Below the pieces are notes generated by a model. That model made no database searches. It worked only from the letters and a program-made list of their open reading frames with translations, and was not told the origin of the DNA. This document shows positions 33,455-42,054 of a stretch of 64,000 bases of DNA, one piece after another. Each line of letters starts with the position of its first letter. Positions within the stretch are counted from its first letter, which is position 1. Where the stretch lies: the sequence record NC_070950.1; one strand, given 5' to 3'. The position numbers and the translations under genes are program-made.

Positions 33455-34012
33455 ATGACCATTATCGTAGGGGTTGTAAAAGAAAAATCGTTAAGTGCGG
33501 ACCGTTATATACTGGATTATAAGCAGATCAACAAAACAGTGTCTTCGGTTTCACGCTACACCGAGAGTAAATTAAAAATATCTCCGGACAATCATTTTTG
33601 TTATGTCTTCTGTGGCGAACAAAAAGAAGAGATTGTTCCATTGGTTCTTAACTATTTACTCAGATTCGAAAAAGGTCTGGTAAAGGAAGACGAATTTATT
33701 CATTGCGGACTTAAATCCTGCGACTCCCTCATTGTGATGTCCGCGAGACATTTTTATTCAATTCAGTTAAATGAAAAACAGGGGGTTTTAGAAGTTCAAA
33801 TTCGTTTGGATGGCGCGGTCACCTATCCTTTTTTAAACAACCATATGGTCGCCGGACTCGATCTCCCAGGGGAAGTAATTCGTCAAGCACTGATGGAAGC
33901 CAATCTCATTCTCCACACCGATGAAAATGAAGTTGATGTAGTCCATCAAAAAGACCTCACTCTTATTAAGAAAGCCACCAAAAAGGAAATTAAAAATGCT
34001 CTTTTATCTTAA
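33455..34012 (+). CDS. Ntn-hydrolase (HslV/proteasome beta-like) protein
   Basis: M-T1-IIVG...SAD15R...SK38L...CG53 resembles the T1/D17/K33/G47 pattern. Confidence 0.5.
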   Translation: MTIIVGVVKEKSLSADRYILDYKQINKTVSSVSRYTESKLKISPDNHFCYVFCGEQKEEIVPLVLNYLLRFEKGLVKEDEFIHCGLKSCDSLIVMSARHFYSIQLNEKQGVLEVQIRLDGAVTYPFLNNHMVAGLDLPGEVIRQALMEANLILHTDENEVDVVHQKDLTLIKKATKKEIKNALLS

Positions 34013-34454
34013 CAAGCGGGTTATCGTTGACAGCGTAGCGAACATCTTTATGTTAGCGGACGATACTCCTCACGTCGAGTTCTTATTGGATGGCGACAAA
34101 CGATGGGCTTTCATTCCCTATCATGAAAATAACGGCAGTACGTTATCTGCGGCTATCTCAGTGAATGAGCACGGTGTTTGTTATAATGCGCATTTCAACT
34201 ATAAAACGTTAAGTCTCGATCGTCGTATTCCGTTACCCTCTAATTTGTTAAAAGCCTTTCAAACAGGGGGAGATTCCGACTACTGTAACAACATGCACGT
34301 CGCTAAGGCCGCTTTCTATCACTATAACTGTACCTTTGACGAATTCCAAGCATTGCTAAATAAATCAGGCCGGGAGTACAAAATGTTTGATTTATTAGCG
34401 GTCTCTAAAAGACTTAAGACGATGCAGCCGGAACAATTTAACTGGGTTATTTAA
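33996..34454 (+). CDS. hypothetical protein
   Basis: AAGGA SD; overlaps the upstream gene. Confidence 0.75.
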   Translation: MLFYLNKRVIVDSVANIFMLADDTPHVEFLLDGDKRWAFIPYHENNGSTLSAAISVNEHGVCYNAHFNYKTLSLDRRIPLPSNLLKAFQTGGDSDYCNNMHVAKAAFYHYNCTFDEFQALLNKSGREYKMFDLLAVSKRLKTMQPEQFNWVI

Positions 34455-34492
34455 AACCAAGATTCCTATTATACGTTAAAGAATTTTGGATC

Positions 34493-34534
34493 TATATCAC
34501 CGTCTTGATGCACTAACCATAATCTTTTTAGGAG
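34493..34534 (+). promoter_or_regulatory. early-promoter variant plus conserved leader
   Basis: cTATATCAC-N14-AACCATAATCTTTTTAGGAG. Confidence 0.65.
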
Positions 34535-34544
34535 TATTAACATC

Positions 34545-36122
34545 GTGAACGTTCGTGGCGTAAAAGTAAAAGCAGAAACCCGTCAAATTATTGATAACAC
34601 CGTAGAGCTCGTTGCAACCGCGGTAACCTCGACCATGGGCCCTAACGGCAAGCTGGTTGTTATTGACGAAACGGGTAATCCTAAAATGACCAAGGATGGG
34701 GTGACAGTAGCGCGCTCTATCCGTTTGGATGATCGGGCAATGGACATCATCGCCAAGATGATCACCGAAGCCTCGATCAAAACGGATGCCGAATGTGGCG
34801 ATGGGACCACCACCACTGTATTCTTAACAAGAGCGTTTTATAACGCCTTTAAAGATAAACTGGATTTCATGACCAAACGCCGGGTGGAAGAGTTAACCAA
34901 AGAAACGATCGAAATGCTCAAAGGAATGACGAAGGTTATTTCTCTTGATAGCCCAGTCCTTCACAATCTGGCGTTAACAACCAGTAATAACGATCTGGAT
35001 ATCGTGGATAAACTCTACGATATCTTTAAGACCATACCTGATCCCATGATTGATTATCGTCGGGGTGTAACAGGTATTGACGAGATCGAATACAGTAAGG
35101 GCAAGGAATTCACAGGCGGGTACGCGCACCCTACTTTCACTAAAGATGGAAGTGGTAGCCCGATTACGATCGAATCGGGTTATGCGTGCATCTTTGAAGG
35201 GAAGTTCAGTATTCCAGATGACGAGTCGGAATTCCTGAAGCTCTTCGATGAGATCACTGAAAGGGGATATCGTCAGACTGTTGTTATCGCACGTGAATTC
35301 GACGAACACACCCTGATGGTGATGAACAAAATGAATCACGTTATGCTGACGCAGAAACTGGTGGAGGAACCGGTTTTCATTCCCGTGCGGGTTCAGGCTA
35401 TCGGAACAGCGGGAGTGGGGATCATTGGAGATATTGCAACGGTACTGGGATTAAACCAGGATGTGGACTATTCAGGTTGGAAGTCTCGCAACTATGAAGT
35501 ACGCCCCATTGAAAACGTTGTAGTGAAAGGCGCGCTATTCTTTGTGGGTAGCATGTCCGATGATGTCTCGGAACGTACAGTAAAGCGTATCGCGCAAATT
35601 AAAGATCAAATCGATAACTTGCCAGCTGCTCAGAAACACACGCCTTTGGCGAAGATCCTGAGACACCGTATCTCTACTCTGATGGGTAACCGAGTGACTG
35701 TAACCGTTGGAGGAGAAACCGCTTCCGACATCAAAGAACGACTGGATCGATTTGAAGACGTCGGTCGGGCTATCGCATCAGCGTTAACTAACGGCGTCCT
35801 TCCGGGCATTGGTTATTCATTGGCTTATGTTGGTAGTGAGCTGGTGAAGAAATATCCTGACGATTCTATAGTGAAACTGTACGCCGATGTATTGGGCGAG
35901 CAGCTTCACATGTTGATGGGTCGGGAATTCAATGATCCTGAATTAGTCTATGTCAATCTGGCTACTGGGGAAACCGGTAAGCATCCTCAAGACATCAACG
36001 TCTGGGATGCGCAGTTAGCCACAGTCACTGCGTTAAGGGCTGGTGTCAGCACTGCTATCTCTTTGGCGAGCACCGATACGTTAATTATCGGTAGTCGTGC
36101 AGGTGGTGCGGATATTCCCTGA
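34545..36122 (+). CDS. groEL: phage chaperonin, GroEL-like
   Basis: TMGPNG, TKDGVTVA, GDGTTT, TVGGET, GVLPGIG; 525 aa. Confidence 0.93.
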   Translation: MNVRGVKVKAETRQIIDNTVELVATAVTSTMGPNGKLVVIDETGNPKMTKDGVTVARSIRLDDRAMDIIAKMITEASIKTDAECGDGTTTTVFLTRAFYNAFKDKLDFMTKRRVEELTKETIEMLKGMTKVISLDSPVLHNLALTTSNNDLDIVDKLYDIFKTIPDPMIDYRRGVTGIDEIEYSKGKEFTGGYAHPTFTKDGSGSPITIESGYACIFEGKFSIPDDESEFLKLFDEITERGYRQTVVIAREFDEHTLMVMNKMNHVMLTQKLVEEPVFIPVRVQAIGTAGVGIIGDIATVLGLNQDVDYSGWKSRNYEVRPIENVVVKGALFFVGSMSDDVSERTVKRIAQIKDQIDNLPAAQKHTPLAKILRHRISTLMGNRVTVTVGGETASDIKERLDRFEDVGRAIASALTNGVLPGIGYSLAYVGSELVKKYPDDSIVKLYADVLGEQLHMLMGREFNDPELVYVNLATGETGKHPQDINVWDAQLATVTALRAGVSTAISLASTDTLIIGSRAGGADIP

Positions 36123-36131
36123 TGCGTTTTA

Positions 36132-36149
36132 GGGGAAGGAAACTTCCCC
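36132..36149 (+). terminator. GAAA-loop hairpin
   Basis: GGGGAAG-gaaa-CTTCCCC after groEL. Confidence 0.55.
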
Positions 36150-36164
36150 ATTGGGAGAATTTTT

Positions 36165-36422
36165 ATGGGCGTTAACACTTCGTCAATTAAAAATTCTAAT
36201 AATAGACAACATAATAATTACAGCGATTCATCCTCCGCTCCGATTCAGTTGGATCGTTCGGGGGAAATTGTCGACGCCAGAACTAAGCTAACAGTTACTG
36301 GTGAAATTCCTCTTCGAAAGTTACCCACTTTCTCAAACCCACCGCAAAGAACAATAAGAGACGATAAAAAACCTTCATCACTCTGGGGGATGGTTAGAGC
36401 TCTGTTCTTTGTATTCATGTGA
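36165..36422 (+). CDS. hypothetical protein, low-complexity N-terminus and hydrophobic C-terminus
   Basis: GGGAG SD; fills the gap after groEL. Confidence 0.55.
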   Translation: MGVNTSSIKNSNNRQHNNYSDSSSAPIQLDRSGEIVDARTKLTVTGEIPLRKLPTFSNPPQRTIRDDKKPSSLWGMVRALFFVFM

Positions 36423-36425
36423 TAC

Positions 36426-36455
36426 TATTCCTCTACCCACGTGGGTAGAGGAATA
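36426..36455. repeat. perfect 30-bp palindrome, probable terminator
   Basis: TATTCCTCTACCCAC|GTGGGTAGAGGAATA; T tracts downstream. Confidence 0.85.
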
Positions 36456-36490
36456 ATAATACTTTTTTATTTTTTAAGGTTATCTCACTC

Positions 36491-37078
36491 ATGGCTAAAA
36501 TTTATTTCTACTTCTCTTCGATGAATTCCGGGAAGACTACCGGTTTGTTACAATCAGCCTACAACTACACTGAAAGAGGGATGTCCGTCTTACTTCTTAA
36601 GCCTAAACTTGATAATAGAGAAGGAGAAGACGCGATAATTAAATCAAGGATAGGATTAGAAAGCGAATGTGTTTTCATTCCTGATAACGACGATGAATTA
36701 GTCGATCTTATTCATAATAACAAAGGTGTTTCGGCTATATTTATCGACGAGGTTCAATTCGTCTCCCCGCATACACTGGCCGGACTAATGACCTTGTGCG
36801 ATAATTACGACATTCCTCTTCTCTGCTATGGTCTCCGGAACGCCTATGACGGAAAAGGGTTCCCGGGCTCTGATTTCTTATTGCGTCACGCTGATAAACT
36901 GGTTGAATGCAAATCGATTTGTTGGTGTGGTAAAAAGGCGACCCACAACATGATGGTTGTCGATGGGAAGGTGGTAAGGGAAACCACGTCAGGGGGAAAT
37001 ATGGTTGTCGGCGGTAATGAACTGTATCACGCCGTTTGCAGGTATCATTTCTTCGAAGGCAAATACAAAGAAGATTAA
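36491..37078 (+). CDS. tdk: thymidine kinase (TK1 type)
   Basis: FSSMNSGKTT, FIDEVQF, CYGLR, CWCGKKA, AVCRYH. Confidence 0.95.
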   Translation: MAKIYFYFSSMNSGKTTGLLQSAYNYTERGMSVLLLKPKLDNREGEDAIIKSRIGLESECVFIPDNDDELVDLIHNNKGVSAIFIDEVQFVSPHTLAGLMTLCDNYDIPLLCYGLRNAYDGKGFPGSDFLLRHADKLVECKSICWCGKKATHNMMVVDGKVVRETTSGGNMVVGGNELYHAVCRYHFFEGKYKED

Positions 37079-37098
37079 CTTATATTTATTTTGAGATC

Positions 37099-37106
37099 TA
37101 CATTAT
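37099..37106 (+). promoter_or_regulatory. early-promoter variant
   Basis: TATTTTGAGATc-TACATTAT. Confidence 0.5.
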
Positions 37107-37156
37107 CATGGTGTAAGCATAGTACGTTTTTATTTTCCTTTTTAGGAGCTAACATC

Positions 37157-37651
37157 ATGATGAGTCAACTTGTAAATATTCTGAGTGAGCACAGATCAGC
37201 GTTTATTTGGCCTTCCAACATCCTGCAGTTAGAAGATGAATACTTCTATCTCTCGGTCAAGATTACGGAGAGTGGTGTGGTCAAATGTATCTTCCGGAAC
37301 AAACTCACCAAAGACGTCCGTAAGTTCGACTTCTCTGACATCATTTTTGATAAAGAGGGGTTATGGGATTACTTCAATGCGATCGGCAAAGAAGTCTACG
37401 CCATTGGGATTGACTACGGTAAAGGGTTCCAGCTGAAGATGTTGTTTGAGCCGATTAAGGCGATGATCACCGATAAGGCGCATAAGCCTTATAATGGGCA
37501 TCTTCCAAGAGACGTAAGAGCACCACTGTTTTCCCCGGTTAACGCCCGCAGTATTTATCTCGACGAAAACGGCGAAGTCACACTCGATGGCTTCGAATGG
37601 GCTTCTCGTGGATTGCAATTAAAAATCATCGAAGAGCTCTTAATTAGCTAA
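37157..37651 (+). CDS. hypothetical protein (start moved from 37091)
   Basis: TTTTAGGAGCTAACATC leader before the ATG at 37157. Confidence 0.75.
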   Translation: MMSQLVNILSEHRSAFIWPSNILQLEDEYFYLSVKITESGVVKCIFRNKLTKDVRKFDFSDIIFDKEGLWDYFNAIGKEVYAIGIDYGKGFQLKMLFEPIKAMITDKAHKPYNGHLPRDVRAPLFSPVNARSIYLDENGEVTLDGFEWASRGLQLKIIEELLIS

Positions 37652-37694
37652 TTAATGTTATGCTAATTAGCTCATCACTGTAAAGAGGATTAAG

Positions 37695-38171
37695 ATGAAA
37701 AACCTGCTCGATTTAGTGCTCAAATTTTTCATTGGGCTTAACCCAGGCCTGGCCGTACTGATGGAAGGTGGTTCGATCGTCAATGTGGTTGAAAAACCAG
37801 AAATCGATCGTTACGCCGGTGATATCATGCGTCCGGACGGCACAACCAAGCTTCTGTCGGTAACCTGGAAACCGGGTACATTTAAAGGCGTGTTCGGCCT
37901 CGATCCAGCCTTTGCTCCCGTCACGCAGGATGAAGCAGGCACAACCGAAGGTATCTTCCTGAAGACCGACGGCACGCCTTACTTTGCGTTGACGGCTGAA
38001 AATGCTACCGAAGCCAAAATCGAAGAAATCCTCGGATATGCTTTCGAAGAAGGCACGGTCGCAGTAGACACCGAAACCAAAAAGGTCAGCTTCGCAACGT
38101 CTACTATCGTTGCTGAAGTCGATCTGGTCGTTATCGAAGCGGCTCCGGTGGCCGACGGCCAACTGCCGTAA
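37695..38171 (+). CDS. acidic, codon-biased protein, possibly late/virion
   Basis: GAGGA SD; TATG (late-promoter-like) upstream; biased codons. Confidence 0.75.
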   Translation: MKNLLDLVLKFFIGLNPGLAVLMEGGSIVNVVEKPEIDRYAGDIMRPDGTTKLLSVTWKPGTFKGVFGLDPAFAPVTQDEAGTTEGIFLKTDGTPYFALTAENATEAKIEEILGYAFEEGTVAVDTETKKVSFATSTIVAEVDLVVIEAAPVADGQLP

Positions 38172-38179
38172 TAAGTAAC

Positions 38180-38213
38180 CTACTCCTACGCCCTTAACGG
38201 GGCGTAGGAGTAG
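38180..38213 (+). terminator. CTCCTAC/GTAGGAG-family hairpin
   Basis: 14-bp stem CTACTCCTACGCCC-ttaacg-GGGCGTAGGAGTAG. Confidence 0.8.
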
Positions 38214-38240
38214 TTCGTTAATTATAACTGACTTTTTTAA

Positions 38241-38248
38241 TATATAAC
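38241..38248 (+). promoter_or_regulatory. early-promoter variant
   Basis: TTTTTTAA-TATATAAC, then the TTTAGGA leader. Confidence 0.45.
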
Positions 38249-38276
38249 CACCAACGTTCATTTAGGACATAACACC

Positions 38277-38483
38277 ATGTTGTATGACGCAATTGAAGTT
38301 TGTTTTATCGTAATTTCCATTCTTTCCTTTATCTGGGTAATGAAGAAGAAAGGAACCGGGGCGATGTTAATTATTGCGTTTTCTATTGTTGTCGTGGCAG
38401 GATGTCGTTATCAAGATAACGCCGATACCGAACAAGCTTTAGAACATCCAAAATATACCAAATCTAACTGCGGCTGCTTATAA
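38277..38483 (+). CDS. small membrane protein with an internal lipobox
   Basis: TM segment, then MKKKGTGAMLIIAFSIVVVAGC. Confidence 0.65.
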   Translation: MLYDAIEVCFIVISILSFIWVMKKKGTGAMLIIAFSIVVVAGCRYQDNADTEQALEHPKYTKSNCGCL

Positions 38484-38495
38484 GAGGAACTGATT

Positions 38496-38789
38496 ATGTT
38501 TTATGATTTAGTCAAGGTTTGCAAGGAACTCGTATTCTCCCACACTTTCAACGAAAGCAATCCTGACAAGGGTTACTTCGATACCTGGAAGTGGCGTAAG
38601 TTACTCATTAACGTGGTAAGCGTAACGTATCACACCCCTAAGCTTGCCGCGCTCAGTCCGCTCTTAAAGGCCATTTCCAGTAAAGTAGACGGACTGACGA
38701 TTTCCCCGCAAACTGACAGCCAAGGACGGGTCACGCGAATCACTGTGACACACAATAATAAATCGGTAGGTTTCAGATTCAAACGTTAA
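38496..38789 (+). CDS. hypothetical protein
   Basis: GAGGA SD. Confidence 0.75.
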   Translation: MFYDLVKVCKELVFSHTFNESNPDKGYFDTWKWRKLLINVVSVTYHTPKLAALSPLLKAISSKVDGLTISPQTDSQGRVTRITVTHNNKSVGFRFKR

Positions 38790-38802
38790 AGGAATAAAGA
38801 CC

Positions 38803-39375
38803 ATGGGATACATCGAGCTTAAACACGGAACTGATAAAGACTACGTTCCCTATCGCACCAACGACATCTACGAGTTAGATGAAGATATCACCGTCTTAAC
38901 CGACGACACTCGGGTTATTGACGAAAATAAAGAAACCTACTTTTTTGTGCCAGGGGTGGACGCAGAAAACATCAAGGTTAAGGTCGGTGACGTGAACCAG
39001 TTTTTACTATTCTGGTCTGTAAAGGAAGGTGTCGAGGTCAGACTCGTTTCGTTTGGAACTGGGAGAAAAACCACAAAGGTGGTTGGTTTCCTCATGACTG
39101 AATTCCATCACCATTCCATTTACGCCTGCGTGTTCTCGGCTCTGTTACATCGAGAATCGAAAATGAATCTCCGTAGCAATAAGTTAGCGACGGGGATCAT
39201 GTGTAAATTACTTCATCGTTGTCTCAAAAGTTTTAAGCTCCAGCATCCTTCGCTTGGACGGATCTGTCTCGATATCGTATCTGATAATGGCGTTATCAAG
39301 TACGTTAACCAACACGGTAATTTCAGTGGATTGTATTATCGATTCAATCCAGGGTTTAAACCAGAATTACGCTAG
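38803..39375 (+). CDS. hypothetical protein
   Basis: AAAGGA SD. Confidence 0.78.
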   Translation: MGYIELKHGTDKDYVPYRTNDIYELDEDITVLTDDTRVIDENKETYFFVPGVDAENIKVKVGDVNQFLLFWSVKEGVEVRLVSFGTGRKTTKVVGFLMTEFHHHSIYACVFSALLHRESKMNLRSNKLATGIMCKLLHRCLKSFKLQHPSLGRICLDIVSDNGVIKYVNQHGNFSGLYYRFNPGFKPELR

Positions 39376-39383
39376 GAAAAAAC

Positions 39384-39926
39384 ATGTCGGAAATCATCAG
39401 TTACAATAAAGCGCAGCTGGTTAATGGGTTCGAACTCGTTTGCCATCATCGCACCATTCACCTGTTCGAAGATGTTTTCGAAAAGGGCAGGTACAATAAA
39501 GAGTTCGTTGCTAAATTTGACGAACTGGAAGTATTTTTGGATGTTCGTTACGCGATCATCTTAGGGAGAAAAGATAAAGACCTCACACTGCATCTAATTC
39601 GCAGTAATGCGGCTCGTGAGATCGTCAGCTGGGATTATCATTACAAATCTAACGATAACAACCCCGACAATTGGAAGATGGAAGCCATCGGACAGTTTAT
39701 CATCAGTGATATGGAGCAGGGATATTTCTCCCTCTCCCCTGGCTATCGAAGCGACATTAATGATCTTCTGACTTACATTGGCGGTCAAGAGAAAGAGGTC
39801 AATATTCGCAATACCGAAATCAGCGTCAGCGAAGGTAAATTTAACTTCGTCGGTCGGAACGGCCAGCTCGGCCCGGGTTTGTTGTCAGAGACTAAACCAG
39901 TTAACCTCATACAGCTATGGGCGTAA
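39384..39926 (+). CDS. hypothetical protein
   Basis: TAGGA SD. Confidence 0.78.
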   Translation: MSEIISYNKAQLVNGFELVCHHRTIHLFEDVFEKGRYNKEFVAKFDELEVFLDVRYAIILGRKDKDLTLHLIRSNAAREIVSWDYHYKSNDNNPDNWKMEAIGQFIISDMEQGYFSLSPGYRSDINDLLTYIGGQEKEVNIRNTEISVSEGKFNFVGRNGQLGPGLLSETKPVNLIQLWA

Positions 39927-39963
39927 TAATACTCCTACTCCCGTATCGGGAGTAGGAGTATTA
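39927..39963. terminator. bidirectional terminator of the CTCCTAC family
   Basis: 17-bp stem TAATACTCCTACTCCCG-tat-CGGGAGTAGGAGTATTA between convergent genes. Confidence 0.85.
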
Positions 39964-39975
39964 GCTTTTTGTTTT

Positions 39976-42030
39976 TTAGAAAAGGTCTAAAACCGAAGAT
40001 GCAGATTTAGGAAGCGGCAAGGTAGGTAATTCGAGATCCATTAACTCCAATGCCTCTTCTCCACCGATAGCCCTCAATGAAGGATTATTCAGTGTACTCT
40101 GAGATAACAGCTCTTCAACGTTGTCCCTCGACCACTGTAGAATATCGATGGACCGGGTCATGATATTGATTTCTTTACCGGTGTCCAACTCGATCATCCA
40201 GAAGAAGCAAGGTTTATCCTGACCTTGTCTGAAGATACGCGCCTTGGTCTGTTTCAGCTCGTAATCCCTCCAAGGAGCATCCATGAGAATCTCCTGGTTA
40301 GCCACGACCATGTGCGCGGATTCTCTCAAGGATCTGAAGGTGGTAACCGCTGGGTTCAAATCAGGTTCCGTATCAAACCGTTTGATCAGGATGTCTTTAG
40401 ACTGATCGGCATCACCGTAAATCAATAGCGGTTTAAACCCTTCCTTGTTAAGCACACTATAGACTTCATTCAGCACATCCACATAAGACGTAAAGATCAG
40501 TGTTTTCTTCTCTACGTTGTTTATCATGGATGGAAGTCCTGCATGCGCAACAACGGCCCTTACGGCTTCTATACGGGCCTTACCCAACACATTACCTAAA
40601 GCCTCCCCTCTTATCTTCAAGCCAACGTACTTAACGGCCGATTTGATATTGCGGAACTGTTTCAGCTGTTCTCCACGTAATCTAGCTTCAATGTCGATTT
40701 CGACGTTCTTAGCGTACTGGGAATCAGCTGAGTCAGTAAAGTTGTTATAACCGTGAGTTCTGAACCGATTCACGATCTGTTTGTATTTAACCAGTTCGCC
40801 CAACTTACCGTTGTCATCTTTAACGTAGCTTTCGTAATCGTCTAAAACGTGATTAAAGAAAGCCAAAAACATCGGCATGTTTTGTTCGTAGAACTTGACT
40901 CGGTTCTGTATGTAAGAAAGCATTTCGAGTCTAATGGCTTTCAACGTGAATCGTTCGCCATTAGGAACGGTAACCGGAACCATTTCTACCGGTGGCTCCT
41001 CACCCATATCAAAGAGAGAATCAATGACGTAACGTGTTCTACCCAACCGATGGGCCAGAAGGGTGTTAAGTTTATCCCTGGATAGCCCGTAAGACTTCAT
41101 GAAACGCTCTCTGGCGTTACCTTTAAAGAAAGGATCTATCAGTGCAAAGATCGAATATGCTTCCCTTGCCATGGCTTTTAGCGGTGTTCCTGACATAGGA
41201 AGAGCATCGTTAAACGGATAGTGATCAGCAGCTTTAATGATATTCTGAGTTTGTTTAGAACTCAGCTCGTTAAAGTTGTGGGATTCGTCTACAACGAGAG
41301 AAACTCCGCCTTTACCAGCCGCTTCGAAAACTTGGTCAAGGATCTTAAAGAAATCAGGGTTTCTTGTATAATCAATGTGAATAAGGAAGTATTCGCAAGA
41401 AGGATCAAACGGTTTATTTTGACGGGTACTCCAATACTTAGGAGGATCAACAAAAACCTTCTCTTCCATATGCAGCTTCCAGACGGTATTGATGCCTGCG
41501 TCTGGGCAAATGATAATGTGTTTTTTATTTCCCGTCAGTCGGGTCCACATAAGGCTAGTGAAAGTCTTTCCGCTTCCGGCCTTGGCATCCAGCAAAAGTC
41601 CTTTAAGATGGTGCGACTTTTTAACCATTTTGTAAGTGGATAAAAAACCCCATTGAGTGTCATAAGGTTTTATTTTAAACTGTTTTAAAAAAGAAGCTTT
41701 GTCTATCGGATAAGCTGTAGGGGTAACAGTATCCTTTATCCAGGTATCCGTTCTGAGTTTTATTTGGAGTTCGTTAAGGTTCTTACGACTACTCCAAGTA
41801 TTTCTCGACTGGAGGATCTTTGTTATTAGATGATCCAACTCCAATAAGAAAAAGTTATCCGTAACGAACTTATTGGACCCAACACGTCTGAACATATAAC
41901 GACCTGGCGTGCTTGTGCCATACGCGGTCTGTATGTCGTCATTAAAGTTACGGAAGTTAACATGATTGATTTCCGTAATAGTCGGTCCTTGTTTAACATC
42001 AGGCCCAAAGATATAGTTTAACATCACCAA
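39976..42030 (-). CDS. SF2 (SNF2/DExH-like) helicase, a phiKZ-like core gene
   Basis: Walker A AKAGSGKT, DESH, MSGTP, LIFTSY, QTKARIFRQGQ. Confidence 0.88.
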   Translation of the reverse strand: MVMLNYIFGPDVKQGPTITEINHVNFRNFNDDIQTAYGTSTPGRYMFRRVGSNKFVTDNFFLLELDHLITKILQSRNTWSSRKNLNELQIKLRTDTWIKDTVTPTAYPIDKASFLKQFKIKPYDTQWGFLSTYKMVKKSHHLKGLLLDAKAGSGKTFTSLMWTRLTGNKKHIIICPDAGINTVWKLHMEEKVFVDPPKYWSTRQNKPFDPSCEYFLIHIDYTRNPDFFKILDQVFEAAGKGGVSLVVDESHNFNELSSKQTQNIIKAADHYPFNDALPMSGTPLKAMAREAYSIFALIDPFFKGNARERFMKSYGLSRDKLNTLLAHRLGRTRYVIDSLFDMGEEPPVEMVPVTVPNGERFTLKAIRLEMLSYIQNRVKFYEQNMPMFLAFFNHVLDDYESYVKDDNGKLGELVKYKQIVNRFRTHGYNNFTDSADSQYAKNVEIDIEARLRGEQLKQFRNIKSAVKYVGLKIRGEALGNVLGKARIEAVRAVVAHAGLPSMINNVEKKTLIFTSYVDVLNEVYSVLNKEGFKPLLIYGDADQSKDILIKRFDTEPDLNPAVTTFRSLRESAHMVVANQEILMDAPWRDYELKQTKARIFRQGQDKPCFFWMIELDTGKEINIMTRSIDILQWSRDNVEELLSQSTLNNPSLRAIGGEEALELMDLELPTLPLPKSASSVLDLF

Positions 42031-42054
42031 TCACCCGTTATTAGGAGTAGTAAA

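Noticed and set aside
36165-36422. ORF after groEL as GroES
   Set aside because: It has no GroES motifs (PL.DRV, mobile loop); it is low-complexity with a hydrophobic end.
37713-38261. 182-aa minus-strand ORF
   Set aside because: It is antisense to a well-supported gene and runs through the terminator hairpin.
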